This document shows positions 1 through 12,524 of a stretch of DNA of 64,000 bases, in pieces (position 1 is the stretch's first letter; every line of letters begins with the position of its first letter). The stretch is from positions 17,486,001 to 17,550,000 of the forward strand of contig OZ076409.1 in NCBI GenBank assembly GCA_964187785.1, given 5' to 3'. Both the position numbers and the translations under genes were made by a program. The notes below the pieces were generated by a model. The model had not been told where the DNA came from. It did not search any database and saw nothing but the letters and a program-made list of their open reading frames with translations. The DNA comes from Amphiscolops sp. MND2022. Taxonomy: Eukaryota.

Positions 1-521
1 GCAAACTAACAGGATTGATAATGCGATTTCGCCAACATTCAGTCGCAATATCCGCCGACATTGAGGCCATGTTTATGCAAGTGCTTGTGGGTTCTAAAGA
101 CCGACAGTATCTACGTTTTTTATTGAGTAACGACACGAAGACAATCGAATTCGAGTACACCAGACATATTTTCGGGGCAACAGACTCCCCCTGCTATGCC
201 GTCCGCAAGTGTGCCAAGGACAATGAAGCTGTTTATCCTGGTCTGCCCGAAGTTTTAGCATCAGGAGGTTTCAACCTAACCAAATGGAGCACGAATTTTC
301 AAGGTTATGTTTTGTTTCCATACCCTTCATAGTCAACCCTTTATGTGAACTGTTACATTGAATTAAGCCTAAGTCTTAGACCGCTTTCTTGAAAATTCAA
401 TATGAAATATTACTAAACCCTTTACTAAGTAACGCCTTTCATTTCCGGTAATTGGAGACTGCCTGGAGAATTACAGGTACTAAGTAGTCTTTCTCTAAAC
501 TTTCTTCAACTACTATACACA
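1..521 (+). mobile_element. 3' part of an upstream tandem copy of BEL/Pao element 1: RT fragment (1-~294) fused to the 3' ~230 bp of an LTR (~292-521)
   Basis: 1-294 is near-identical to 2050-2353, with an extra 9-bp deletion. 292-521 matches 3346-3573 and ends TATACACA. The junction has GAA microhomology. Confidence 0.85.
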
Positions 522-527
522 TTATTT

Positions 528-545
528 TGGCGCCCCTTATTCTGA
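528..545 (+). promoter_or_regulatory. Putative primer-binding site of BEL/Pao element 1
   Basis: TGGCGCCCC lies 6 nt after the LTR end (...ACA at 521). The cognate tRNA was not determined. Confidence 0.55.
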
Positions 546-678
546 CCCGTTTACCCTTAATTACCTTAGTTTTCTTCGTTGGTTTGTGAAATTTTCGTTA
601 TAAAGTTCTAATTTTATTGCCTTATTTTAAGTTTGTTGATTTAATTGACATACTACGAAGGATACCAGTTTGATTAAA

Positions 679-3020
679 ATGGTTTCCACGCGAAGTCAAG
701 GTCAAAATGATGACAACGTGGATGTTGATATAGCCAATGGCAATGGCTCGACGCATTGAATTTGGCTCATGGGCAAACTTCCAACGATAGCATTGCTAAC
801 ATGCAAGTGGCGCAAAATGATAATGAAATTTCACGCTTGTTGTCACTACAGCAACTCAGTCTGGACGACATTCATTGCTCACTTGATTTTGTCAATAATT
901 GTATTGACGCAAACGAATCCACTGATATGTGTCGGGAATTTTTTGTGGAAACAGAGCAAAAGGTGGATGAATTTGAGTCTTTAACGAAAGAAATCATTCT
1001 ACTTGCAAATACCCACCTGCATACCCAGTCAGAACGACTAGCTGGGGTTAAGAATGACTTGCGAACTATTCGCTTGAAGTTAATGAAAAAGCGCAGTTCT
1101 GATCAATTGTGCAAAACTGCTCGGCCTACGGTAAATGACACAACTTCTAATGAACGTATAGTCACTTCTAACAACCCTCTACCGGCCTTCACAACTGCTG
1201 ACCTCTCTTCAGAGTCGAATATTCCTGGAATTTCTTCAACAATTGCTTGAACCATTACGACGTTATTTCGCGAAGCCACAGTCAATCAATCGCATTTCGC
1301 TCCTTATTTTCCTCAAGGAGTTGGATTATCACAGAGAATGTCTTTAACATTCCAAAAATCAATTCCCAAAGTCACACCCACAGTGTTCAATGGAGACCCT
1401 AATAATGTTTCACTCCTGATCGGAGTGGACGCTTATGATGTTATTTGCAGCCGAGAAGTCATTCATGGACCACCCAACACGCCCAAAGCACTGAACACAG
1501 TTCTTGGATGGTCAATAGTAGGAACCAGCAGTCATCAGCTACCAACGACAGCAGAGACACTCCTCGTCCGAACGCCGACATTGGATGACGAACTTTTCCA
1601 TCAAGTTCAAAATTGGATGCGACTTGACAATGAAGGAGTTTCTTCAACCAAAAAAGCGTTTTCAGCCAACGATCGTCGCGAGAACATTCTCCAGTCTACA
1701 ACAACGAAAGTTGGAGACCGATACCAAATCGGCCTTCTCTGGAAACCAAATGTTGATCTGCACAACAATCGATGGGTTGCCGAACGCCAGCTGCGCACCC
1801 TCGAACAACGCTTGCAGAAAGACCCAACTTTCAAAGAGCAATAACAGAAAACAATCGATGACGATCTTGCCAAAAGTTACATCGTAGAAGTACCGACAGT
1901 CGACGCCACCTTGAAAAAATGGTACCTTCCACATCATCCAGTTACCAACGTTAACAAACCAGGAAAAGTTCGTCGCGTGACAAATGCCAGCAGTGTCTTC
2001 AAAGGACAGTCACTCAACAACAGTTTACTTACAGGACCGGATTTTCTTTGCAAACTAACAGGATTGATAATGCGATTTCGCCAACATTCAGTCGCAATAT
2101 CCGCCGACATTGAGGCCATGTTTATGCAAGTGCTTGTGGATCCTAAAGACCGACAGTATCTACGTTTTTTATTGAGTAACGACACGAAGACAATCGAATT
2201 CGAGTACACCAGACATATTTTCGGGGCAACAGACTCCCCTTGCGTTGCCTGCTATGCCGTCCGCAAGTGTGCCAAGGACAATGAAGCTGTTTATCCTGGT
2301 CTGCCCGAAGTTTTAGCATCAGGAGGTTTCAACCTAACCAAATGGAGCACGAACAGCCGTAATTTCCTAGCGGGTTTGAGCCCCGAACTACGAGCAACTG
2401 GAGCCAATCCCGACGATAAATTGACACTGCATCGGGTCCTTGGTTTGCCATGGGACCCAGAGAAAGACACGTACCTCATCCAACCCGAAAGCTACCGCAA
2501 AGCCAAGGACATTCGAATACCAACTCAACGCAATCTGCTGAAATTTACTTCTTCTATATTCGATCCCTTAGGCATCACAGCACCGTTAATCATTCGATTG
2601 CGATGTATTATGCAGCTTGCTTGGAGCACCGGACAACAATGGGACAAACTTATTCCAGAAGATCAACTCGCAGAATTCCACCAGTGGACTGAGGAAATCG
2701 ACCATCTCGACAATATTCAACTACCTCGACAGCTGCATAATTACCGAAGTCAGCCCAAACATCATGAACTTCATGTTTTCTCCGATGCGTCCGAGAAAGC
2801 ATTCGCCGCAGTTGCTTACCTGCGTACAACTCACGACGACAGTCACGTCAGCATCACTTTTCTAATCGGAAAAGCAAGAGTCGCCCCAATGAAACGACTC
2901 ACAATTCCGAACTTAGAACTTCAAGCAGCCACATTAGGAAGCCGCCTTGCTACCTACATCAAAGAGGAATATGGCCCGTTGGAAGAGTTAAATCCGTCAT
3001 TAGAGGAACTGACAATGTAG
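679..3020 (+). pseudogene. Internally deleted BEL/Pao gag-pol (gag N-terminus, RT lacking YxDD, RNase H; no integrase)
   Basis: Pao-type motifs WYLPHHPV, LLTGPD, ADIEAMF, FGATDSP, ELHVFSDASEKAF and KARVAP..LELQAA in ORF 1911-3020. Upstream fragments (679, 756-1250, 1338-1844) are broken by stops and frameshifts. Confidence 0.88.
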
Positions 3021-3573
3021 CCCGCTCATGTGACCTCGCCACATCTTCTGGAATTATAAAAAGACCTGCAGTGAATTTTTCGAAACTCTTCATTTGTGAC
3101 CGCGACTAACCCAGACCTTCTCAAACTTGATGACTTGCAAACTCTGATAGTTTATTTGCCTCCTGCAAATGGGGCCGGCCATGTCATGCAATGCATGATT
3201 TAATTTCTCGGACTTTTATAACAATGAAATTGACTGATGAATCACGCCATTGATGAATCATTATTGCCTTTGATGTCACTCAATCCAAATAATTGACAAT
3301 TTAATCCCGCAAAATGGATTTTCAACTGGAGATGTTTCGACAAGGAATTTTCAAGGTTATGTTTCGTTTCCATACCCTTCATAGTCAACCCTTTATGTGA
3401 ACTGTTACATTGAATTAAGCCTAAGTCTTAGACGGCTTTCTTGAACATTCAATATGAAATATTACTAAACCCTTTACTAAGTAACGCTTTTCATTTCCGG
3501 TAACTGGAGACTGACTGGAGACATACAGGTACTAAGTAGTCTTTCTCTAAACTTTCTTCAATTACTATACACA
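3016..3573 (+). repeat. 3' LTR of BEL/Pao element 1 (558 bp, TGT...ACA)
   Basis: Starts TGTAG at the end of the pol ORF and ends TATACACA. Its 3' part is repeated at 292-521. The 5' boundary is inferred from the TG start only. Confidence 0.75.
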
Positions 3574-4099
3574 AGCTATGAAATAGTAGTGGAAGATAGT
3601 CAAGGATTCCTCAGAATACTTTTCCCCTGTTAGTTTCCAAATATTTGTATTATACAGACTGGACGTTTGTCTTGAATAAATCTAAAAAATCTAAACAAGG
3701 AAACTGGTAATCATGATTGTTGAGTTCTCTGGTCTGACATGGTCGTTCTACAGTCTGGGCAGTCTATATGTCTCGTCATTGGTAGGTTTTTGTTGCTTTT
3801 AGTAAAACCCACATGAACGGATTAGAAACTCATTAGACTGACTCTTTTAAAAATTTTCAGATTGAGGGAGAAGCGTTTATCGAACAACTTCTGCCGGACT
3901 ATTTTGATCTATTCAAGATGCTGAAATTGACCAAATCAGGTGACTACAACTGTCAGGTGCCCCAGTTAATTGCCAGACGGTTGGGTTCGAATCGTGTCAG
4001 AGCGAACATTTCTCATGTTTCTAAACTGAACTACAAAGATAATTTTTTGTTATACTGTAATTAATGTAATAAAAGTCGGATATACCGAAAACAATAGAC

Positions 4100-5765
4100 G
4101 ATACAAGAACTTCCGAAATGGGCTCCCTGTTTATAGCTCAAAAATGCAAAAGCAGTTTCAATTTGCGCGAAGGCTGTTTTTATTAAAACTTCCGAAAAAT
4201 CTCATAGAGCCAAAAACATTCACAAGGAGCTTTCTTCTTATTGAGCCCTAAGACGTTCCCAATTTGTTTTCAGTTTGAAAAAAGAGACTTTTTCAAGCTT
4301 GAAGGGTTCTTTTGTTTTTGGCACTGTGTTATTTTTTAAGTTTCCAACAATCAAAAAACTTTGTTTTCACCATTTCTCAAGTTTTGTTATCTCCAATTTT
4401 TAGTTAACCGAAACTCTCTAAGGCATCCAGGGGCACTAAAGGACCCCCGATGATTCATTTCACTGTTTAATTAACATAAGGGTTGTACTTGAAGTTTTTT
4501 TGGCACTGTGAAAATTTTCTGAAATCCTTTTCAGTTTTTGAAATTTTCAAGTGGAAAACCAATCAATCTCCTATTCCAAAGGGTCATCCATCTTTTAACT
4601 TAGGCATTGTGCGACTTCTATTGAAAAATTTCATTTCACTGAAGGGTCTTACCTTCGAATGTTTGGATTTTCTGTTTGAAATTTGTTTTTCAGCATGATA
4701 AGGACTCCTTTGGGTTTTTGACGGCGATTCAAGGCTTTTTTAAAGTTTTTTGTCACCATTCAGTCATTCACGGGACGGGAGTTTGAAACTCTCAGTTTCA
4801 AAGTACTGTATTTTTTCAAATGGTATGGTATTGAATCCTTTTTTTTTGATAAGACGCCTTCTTCCGATCCAAAACAAAGTTTTTCGGGAAAAAATCCGAG
4901 TTTTTTTATTGTGAGCCCGAATTGATTTAGGTATTGCCAGGAAAAGTGTGGGGTTTGACTCTTACTATTGTCGAAATTTTGTATAAGTTCAATTTGAACA
5001 ATGAATTGGGGCGTTTGCGTAACTTTTATAACGATAGGAAAAGCATTCCGAAAAATTCCACGTTTTGCTAGTATCGGTTAAATGCTCGACCCTGGTAAGG
5101 AGGAACGTTTTGTATGTTTTGATTTTGAATACCATTTTTGCCGTTTTCTGTTACAACATACAACAGGCCTTATATCCAAATTTTCAACGTTATCACAAAG
5201 TTATATTGGTTTTTGCGGAGACGGAGGATCTCTATTGGCATAGCTGCATTAACTAGTTTTCAGATCAGTAGATTTTTTCAGTTTATTTGTTTTCAATATT
5301 TTCTGCCAAACAATTGAGACCGGAGGGTGTCTGATTTTTTCTGATAGCTGAATATACAAGAATAATCTTTTTGCAGAAACTACTAAAACTACTGAGGCCA
5401 AGTTCGGCCAGCGGAAATTAGTGCCTAGGGTCCCCTTTCATTTCTTACTTTTTCAACGTAACCTACAAAACCGGACGAGACCAAAGGGTTCCCATTTTCA
5501 ATTTTTTTGTCGCTTCGAGATTTTTTGAATTTTTTTGCCTTTTTCACTCCAAATGGTCCCCTTTCGATTTTACCCTCGTAATATCCGAAGTGAAGCGCTA
5601 TATCCGAACTTCTGACGTTAGATCCGAACTTTATTGCGTTTTATTGAGGAGGAGGCAGATGTTCGAAAAGAGGAGTTTTTGATGAAAAATTCCCACGCAT
5701 ATTCCAAAAACTGAGCATTTTGAGCCTAAGTTGCAGCACTGACTTTAGACATTCCCATCTTGTTT
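4100..5765. mobile_element. Cluster of decayed HINE/Helentron-like non-autonomous repeats
   Basis: GGGTCCCC-type internal units, and a 3' end TTTTGAGCCTAAG...GCACTGACTTTAGACATTCCCATCTTGTT (5718-5764) homologous to the ends at 57303-57348 and 55430-55474. Confidence 0.5.
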
Positions 5766-6099
5766 GTATGGAAACGTAAATTGTTTTAAAAATGACAAGA
5801 ACACGTGCGAGAATTGATGAGCGGTAATTGGTATAACCCATATGTGATTGGATTGGAATTTGCAGATCAGAAATGTTTTCTTCCCTTACTAGCCATTTGG
5901 AACAGAGAGGAAGGAACAGGAAAAATTATTTGAAAGGATTTACAATAATATAAGTTAATAGGAGTTTATTAAACATATAAATAATTAATCCAAACTGGAC
6001 AGAAATCTAATTTATGCAGCCCTTCGAGTTTCTGCCCCACATCAAAAAAGCTGAAAGATTGCAGGAAAAAAGTTCAAAGTATTTCTTCAATGTTATCAC

Positions 6100-7818
6100 T
6101 CAGTTGAGTAGGCAAATGTACGGTACAGTCATGAAAGTGTATCGAAGATCGATATGCTAACATTACTCCTCATAAAAAAATTCCGAAATTTTTTCGAGTT
6201 GTAGAGAAATTTACGAGTTACTCAAACGCTTCATACCTTTGGGTATCAAATCCCTGTCTTTTAGCCAGTTGTATGCAGGCCGTAATCCGTTTTCAGCCGA
6301 TTTCGATTCAGTGACAGTAGGACTGTAGGGGATAGCTAACAGTCCCTCTTTGCTCCTGATCAATAAAACACACTTGACCCGTTGATTTTTTGTCAATTTT
6401 TTCTCTTATGTAGTTAGTTACAGAACTGATTGCATGAACGCACGATCGTTTTTTCGAAACTCAAATTGCTTCGATCAAACCATTTAAACTTTGAGAGAAA
6501 ATGAACCATGCGATTGCACAAAATTTTTTGGAGATTTTGCTGTTCGAACATAACAAACTTATCGGCCTGTAGATCTCGGAAGAAGTTTTATCTCCTTTTT
6601 TGAAAATAGGAACAACCTACGCTAGTTTCAGGAATTCTGAAAATTTTGTTTCGAGATGCTCATAATAAAAGGTTCATTCAGGTATTTCTCGATTACTAGG
6701 GAACAGTATTTCAGCATTTCGTTGCTCAATCCGTCATGACCAACACTTTTTGTTTTTTTTTTAGTGCGTTTAATAATTATGTCACTCCATTTTAGTCACA
6801 GTAAATGATTACTATTGTCTTTTCGAAAGTTGGTACGTTCACTGGGGTATCGTATTCTGGGACTTTTGGTGATAGGATTCCTCCGACGGATGTGAAATAT
6901 TCATCATTGTTTTTGATGTCTTGGATGACATTCTCGAGTTCATTTTTTGCCAGTTGTTGTTTCAGTGTGCGGTATATGGTTTTACTGGAGGGATTAAGTC
7001 CGAGTATTTTGTAGTTACAATCTCGCTCTGCATTCATAGTTAGTGATGTAACTATAAATCTATGTCTCTTGTGCAGATCCCTGTTATTTTCACTTGGCGA
7101 TTGGTAATGATAGCTTATTGTAGATTTGATCGTTTTGTGTTCAACTTGATAGCATGTTATTACATGATCAACTCAGGTAGGTGACGAAGCGGTTACGCAG
7201 ATAGGGTCATTGTTCCGCCTTTTGTTATTTTACGTCGAAAGAAGATTCTCGTAGTTTGTTTTATCTATTGAGTTCTTGAGACATTCAATATTAAAAGCTC
7301 CGAAGAAAACAGTATCGTAGTTCAACTTACGTTGAAATTGTAGAAGGTTCTCAAATTCCGACAAGAAACGGGACATTTTGTTGATGTGCGGTCTGTATAT
7401 CAAACAGAAATTTCTATACTGGTTATAGTTGAAGAACACTTCAACTATAGCACATTCAATATCACTATGATAATCGATCTACCTGTATGTTAGAGATTCG
7501 TGTACATAAAAACCCAAGCCTCCTCTTTTTCTACCAGTATCCCTAAGCATTGATAACAATGGGTGGTAATTAGCAAAGCTATAGTGTTTTTTTGAAGTTA
7601 GCTTTACCCCTTTTGGTCTGTTTAACCGGTTCAGTGTCAATTTTTGCCAGCCAAGTCTCGGTGAGTGCTAGGATTTTCGGTTTTTTGTCATATTTTTCGA
7701 GTTCGCCAAAAAAATTGTCATGAAGACATCTAAGTGATCGAGTGTTCAGTCCTAGTAGGAAACACTTCTCTCCTAACACCTTGTCAGCATTTGATTGGTT
7801 TTTCATTGACTTAGCCAT
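6100..7818 (-). pseudogene. Decayed non-LTR retrotransposon ORF2 (CR1/L2-like; APE endonuclease + RT remnants)
   Basis: Fragments with LNTRSL, LALTETWL, LIYRP..FLSEF and FGAFNI (GDFN-like), then pre-RT and C-terminal remnants; many stops and frameshifts. Confidence 0.75.
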
Positions 7819-10726
7819 TTGATTGGACTTTAAAGTTTTTGCTGCTTTTGTTATGCAATTTTACCAAATGTATTCAAGTATTACGAATTAACATTTCAGC
7901 TTTAGTGAACATGTACGGAAGCAGAGGATCGCTTTCTGTTTATATTAGGAAACACGAAATTAGCGAAAGATCGAGAAAAGTCTTAGAATTAGCAAATCGG
8001 TCGACGGAAATTCGCTCCCTGTTGTTGCTAGGCAGATTCACAAGCTAAACGAATTGCTCGCAGCGGAAAATCGTTTTGAACCCTATTTTGCACAACTTCA
8101 TTCTTTTTATTGTTACTCTTTGCGGAAAAGCTCCGCAAGTGTAATGTATTGAACTGTTAGCTCTGTGGTTTAAACAACAAACGTTGAAAAAACAAGTTTT
8201 TTTGTTCTTCAAGACATGGATTATGTCACAATTTTAAAAAGATTTCATAACTGCATCCTTTAGAGCTTTTTTTCTGGTCTGGAGACAGTGATGCATATGC
8301 TTTAGCTAGCTTTTCTCCATTATCTTGTATATCAATAAAGTTGCGTTTGGTTGTTGTTTCTTTGGACAGCAACAGCAGCAGCAGTGTTCCGCTTTACAGG
8401 ATTTTCGAGACTTTCGATATCTTTCTCACAACTCACGCTGACAATTGTTTTGCTCCTTTCCCGTCGTCGTAAAGCACCGAAGCTGTGCCGTTACTTGTAG
8501 TAGTAACATAATTTCTATGATCACCCTAAGGTTTTAACATAGATCCAATAGGCGGCAGTTTTCATTGATATAAATATTTACCCATTTGCTTTTTGAGTTC
8601 CTTGTTTCCTCAAGAAAAAATTTGTTTTACGTGGAAATTTTTCTAATGTTTTAGAGTTCAGTCGGTTTTGGAGACACCAAAGAATGTTTGAAATGAATGT
8701 GAGTTTTTCTGCAATGAAGTTGCGACCTTGAAGTTGCGAAAAACGTTAATCAAGTGGCAACATGTTCAATGCTTCTGTGAGCCTGAGAGAAAATTCAGTT
8801 GGACGAGTGAGTTCTTACCAACTATGCTTCACCAAAAAGCTTTGTGAGTTCCACAGTAACGAAAAAAATCAATTGAAAGACATTTGGTGTCTCTCACATT
8901 TACCAGCAACAAAAAATTCCCTTTAATGCTAGCGTAGTAGGAAAACCAAACTTCTAGTTTATTTTTTTGTGTTATATTTCGTCAATACTTTCGGTTTTCT
9001 TGCTGACTCCATATAGGAAAACATTAAGACTAAATTTGAGCTGAAAATTGATAACAGCTATTTTTGTCAAACTCGTGAAGTGTAATGATCGTTCAACATG
9101 ATGCACGAACGATTAATCACTAAACAAAGTCAACTTTACTGACTTTTGTATTCTAATTTCCAGAGCTGTGATAAGATTTCCTAGTCTTCAAAGTGTTTTA
9201 CCTGGACATTTTTTGGGTATATTATTCATTTTTTCACCTTTTTGTCACGGATTTATCTGAAATTGAAGGTTCCGTGAATTGATTTTGAGATTTTTCACAT
9301 TGACTCAAGATGGAGAAGTTGAAATTTTCGTCTTATATTTTCTCACGGGGAAGGAAAAATTCAGGCATTTTTTTTTCAATTTTGCCATGTTCCAATACTA
9401 TACCCAAATGACGGAAGTTTTTCCATAGAATTCAACTACCATAAAATAAGATTATAGCACATACATTTGCGAAGATATTTCAACTTCGTTCGGAAAAAGT
9501 GTACACAAAGAGGTAAGTTGAACCAAAATGTCATTTTTTGAGATTACAGTGTATTGCAAATTAGTTAATTAGGCCTGTATTGATGCGGTATCAGGTTGAA
9601 ATTTCTCTCAACTCGTCATAATTGAGCCATAAGCAAGTCAATCATCGCTAGCGTAGACTAGCGTAGTGTTATTTAATGAAATCAACCAAAAAGTGCTAAA
9701 AAATTCAATTTTTTGAAAAAAATGCTGCAAAAATATGTTGTCGCTAAAAAAGTTCGGGACGGAAAATGTCCCAGTGCTCGTTGGGCGTCTCGTTTTTAAA
9801 CGAGTGAGTGCATTTTGGAAGTGTTTTTGAATGCACGTGTCGAGACTGCATCAAAAAGTCTAATCTTGACAATCTCAGATAAAAAATGCTACAACTAAAC
9901 ATTGAAAAACACTCACCTGAATCAATCAACAGGTGTAAGTGTGAGTTTCAAAGATGGGGTGTCGATTTTCAGATAATTGATCCATCGGTATATCCAGCTA
10001 CAATGAGATTACTGTTACTATGGCATTGACGTTGTAGTTTTTCAAGTATTATAAATCATCCAGACATGCTTTCCAAACGTATTTGAATTGCATATGCAAT
10101 TCCCGAATATGGATAACTTGCAATGTGTTTCCTTTCAATGAATTTCGTTTGGTTTTGAGAATGCAATTTGGTCCTGAATATACTTTTGTTTGGCTACGAA
10201 ATTAGATAAGAATGAAACAATAATACACTTCTAGGCTCAACAAGACAGCCGACCAATGGTTTGTCAGAGCAACAAAAATGGTCCAGGATGATTCGGAAAT
10301 TCCCCGAAATTTGACTGGCGTGCATAAATTTATAATTAAATGTATGTTCTTCACGAAATCCGTTCATTCATGACGCGCATACTGAGCATCGATGCATTTC
10401 AAAAGCTCTTAGATGGTTTTCCCAAGTTTTTTTCTGAATTGTCCCGACAGGAGATGAGAAATTGTATGTAAGGAAAAAGGGATGAAAGTTTCCGGCTGGT
10501 TGCAATTTGGCGCCATAAAATTAATACTTGTATACTAAATGAAATACAGTGTTAAGTATGAATTGGGAAACCAAAGTGAGAACTAGCAAATCAGTCTGCG
10601 CAACCATGCGAAGCAAAAACAACGGCACTGTCAATTGGAAAAGTAACGTTTCAAAACGTGAATTTAGGCTTATAAAATAACGAGAAAAGTGTAGCCAAAT
10701 GTAATGCAACCATTACTGAAAAAAAT

Positions 10727-11226
10727 GGACCATGTGTCGCATTTCCGCCCCAAGCGGCCGTAGGGGGGAAATAGGACACAAGGTTCAAATACCATATGTC
10801 GAAACAGTTTGCGTTGAAATTTTGGTCAATAAAATGATTGATGTCGACATAATCCTATCCATTACATTGATTGTCAGCTGAACGTTGGTCATTAAATTTT
10901 ATCACGGAAAAAATAGGAGCCTTTTTATACGATTTTAACTTGTTCCAAGCGTGAATGTCTGCTATTTTCGATAATAGTATCAAAAAATTCGGGTAATTTT
11001 TTCCCAAAAGTGTCAAAACAGTTGTAGAGACAATACTCTAAGTATTAATACTTAGAGTATTGTCTCTACAACTGTTTTGACAGTTAATTAACATTCATAT
11101 AATATTCTCGAATTAGTGAAATATTTCTATTCAAGAACAAAATGTGTTTCGCGTTGGAGGGGGGATTAACAACAAGATGTTAACAACAGACTAACAACAT
11201 TGGGAAATCAATCGAACACATGGTCC
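10727..11226. mobile_element. 500-bp MITE with 11-bp TIRs and 8-bp TSD
   Basis: GGACCATGTGT (10727-10737) and ACACATGGTCC (11216-11226), flanked on both sides by AAAAAAAT (10719-10726, 11227-11234). The TSD is low complexity. Confidence 0.6.
11011..11082. repeat. Perfect 72-bp palindrome with no spacer
   Basis: TGTCAAAACAGTTGTAGAGACAATACTCTAAGTATT is immediately followed by its exact reverse complement. Confidence 0.97.
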
Positions 11227-12524
11227 AAAAAAATGTTATTGTTTAAAAAGGACACCAATGAGATAGATTAGTTTTTATTGCAGCTTTTTTTTCACAGGTG
11301 TCAGTGGCATGTTGTGAGTTTCAATTGTTGTTCAATGAAAATGTTTCTCAATTTTCTTTTCCGAGAAATTTTTTGATAAAGGAAAAAGAAGCTCTGGAAA
11401 AAGCTACATCCGGAGGTCACCACAAGGAACCATGGTTTCAATGTAATTCTGCAACAATTTAATTTCTGAACCAATCAAAATTAAGTACACAAACAAGTAC
11501 TCGAGACAAGAAGAAAGAAAACAAAACTATTCCAGTTTGTGTCAAATTGTGAAGTTTTTCGTGGGTTAGCAGGTTCAAGACGTTCCAGGACGAAAGAACT
11601 AGCTACAAAAGGCGACTTTTTGAAAAAGGGGTTGCAGTGACTCATATGATCTCAAAACTCAAATATCAAGAAAAAAATTTTTTACGCTTCCATAAAATTC
11701 CTACAAAGTTTTTGAGAAAATTTCGGTGGTTAGAATGCTGAGCAAATTCAACAAAGAACAAAATTGTTATTCATTTGCCCTTTTTGAACAGATGTCTGCT
11801 GATTGATGTTAGGAAATGCCACAAATTTGCCCCAAAATATCGGAAAAGTCTTGATTTTTCACTTTTCGAGCATTTTTGTTACTTTTTGTGGAAAACTATG
11901 AAAATTTGAACTTACTTTTAGAAAATGAGAAAGTTTACGGAACTTCAAGTTTTTGCATATTTCGTACATTTTCAAGAGATTTAATGCGTTAGATCAATGA
12001 AAACTTTAAATCACACACAAACGCGTTATCTAGTCGATTTCCTGAGGGAAAATGCTACAAAATTTAAAGTTTCCTTCTCTGTTTACGCAATTTTTGTGAG
12101 ATTTTTAGGAAAGTTCGTGGACTAGATTCACAAAAACAACAAAAGGGAATGCCGTAGTTATCCAGTTCGCGTCTTCGAAAAGATACTTTCAGTTTGCAGA
12201 GAGAAAAGTGTCTCGGATTGACCCTCTAAAAGAATATACCAACTCGTTTTTGACAGTTTTTATGAGCCCTAATCATTATTAAGGATTTTTGTTAGTAAAA
12301 CAATTTTGTGGTATACAATAGTGTAAACAATCAAAAACGATTGAACATAGTACCCAAAAGGTGCTTCTGGAGATACAACTGCATTTGCTTTATAGAATAG
12401 GTCTCAAAAGAACCCAAAACCCAAAAAGCTTTGGAAATTGCTCGTTTCATGAGAAATTTGTCCCATTTTTTTTCAATTGATGAAATTTGTGTCGAACAGA
12501 ACTTTCTTTGACTTGAACGTTGAA

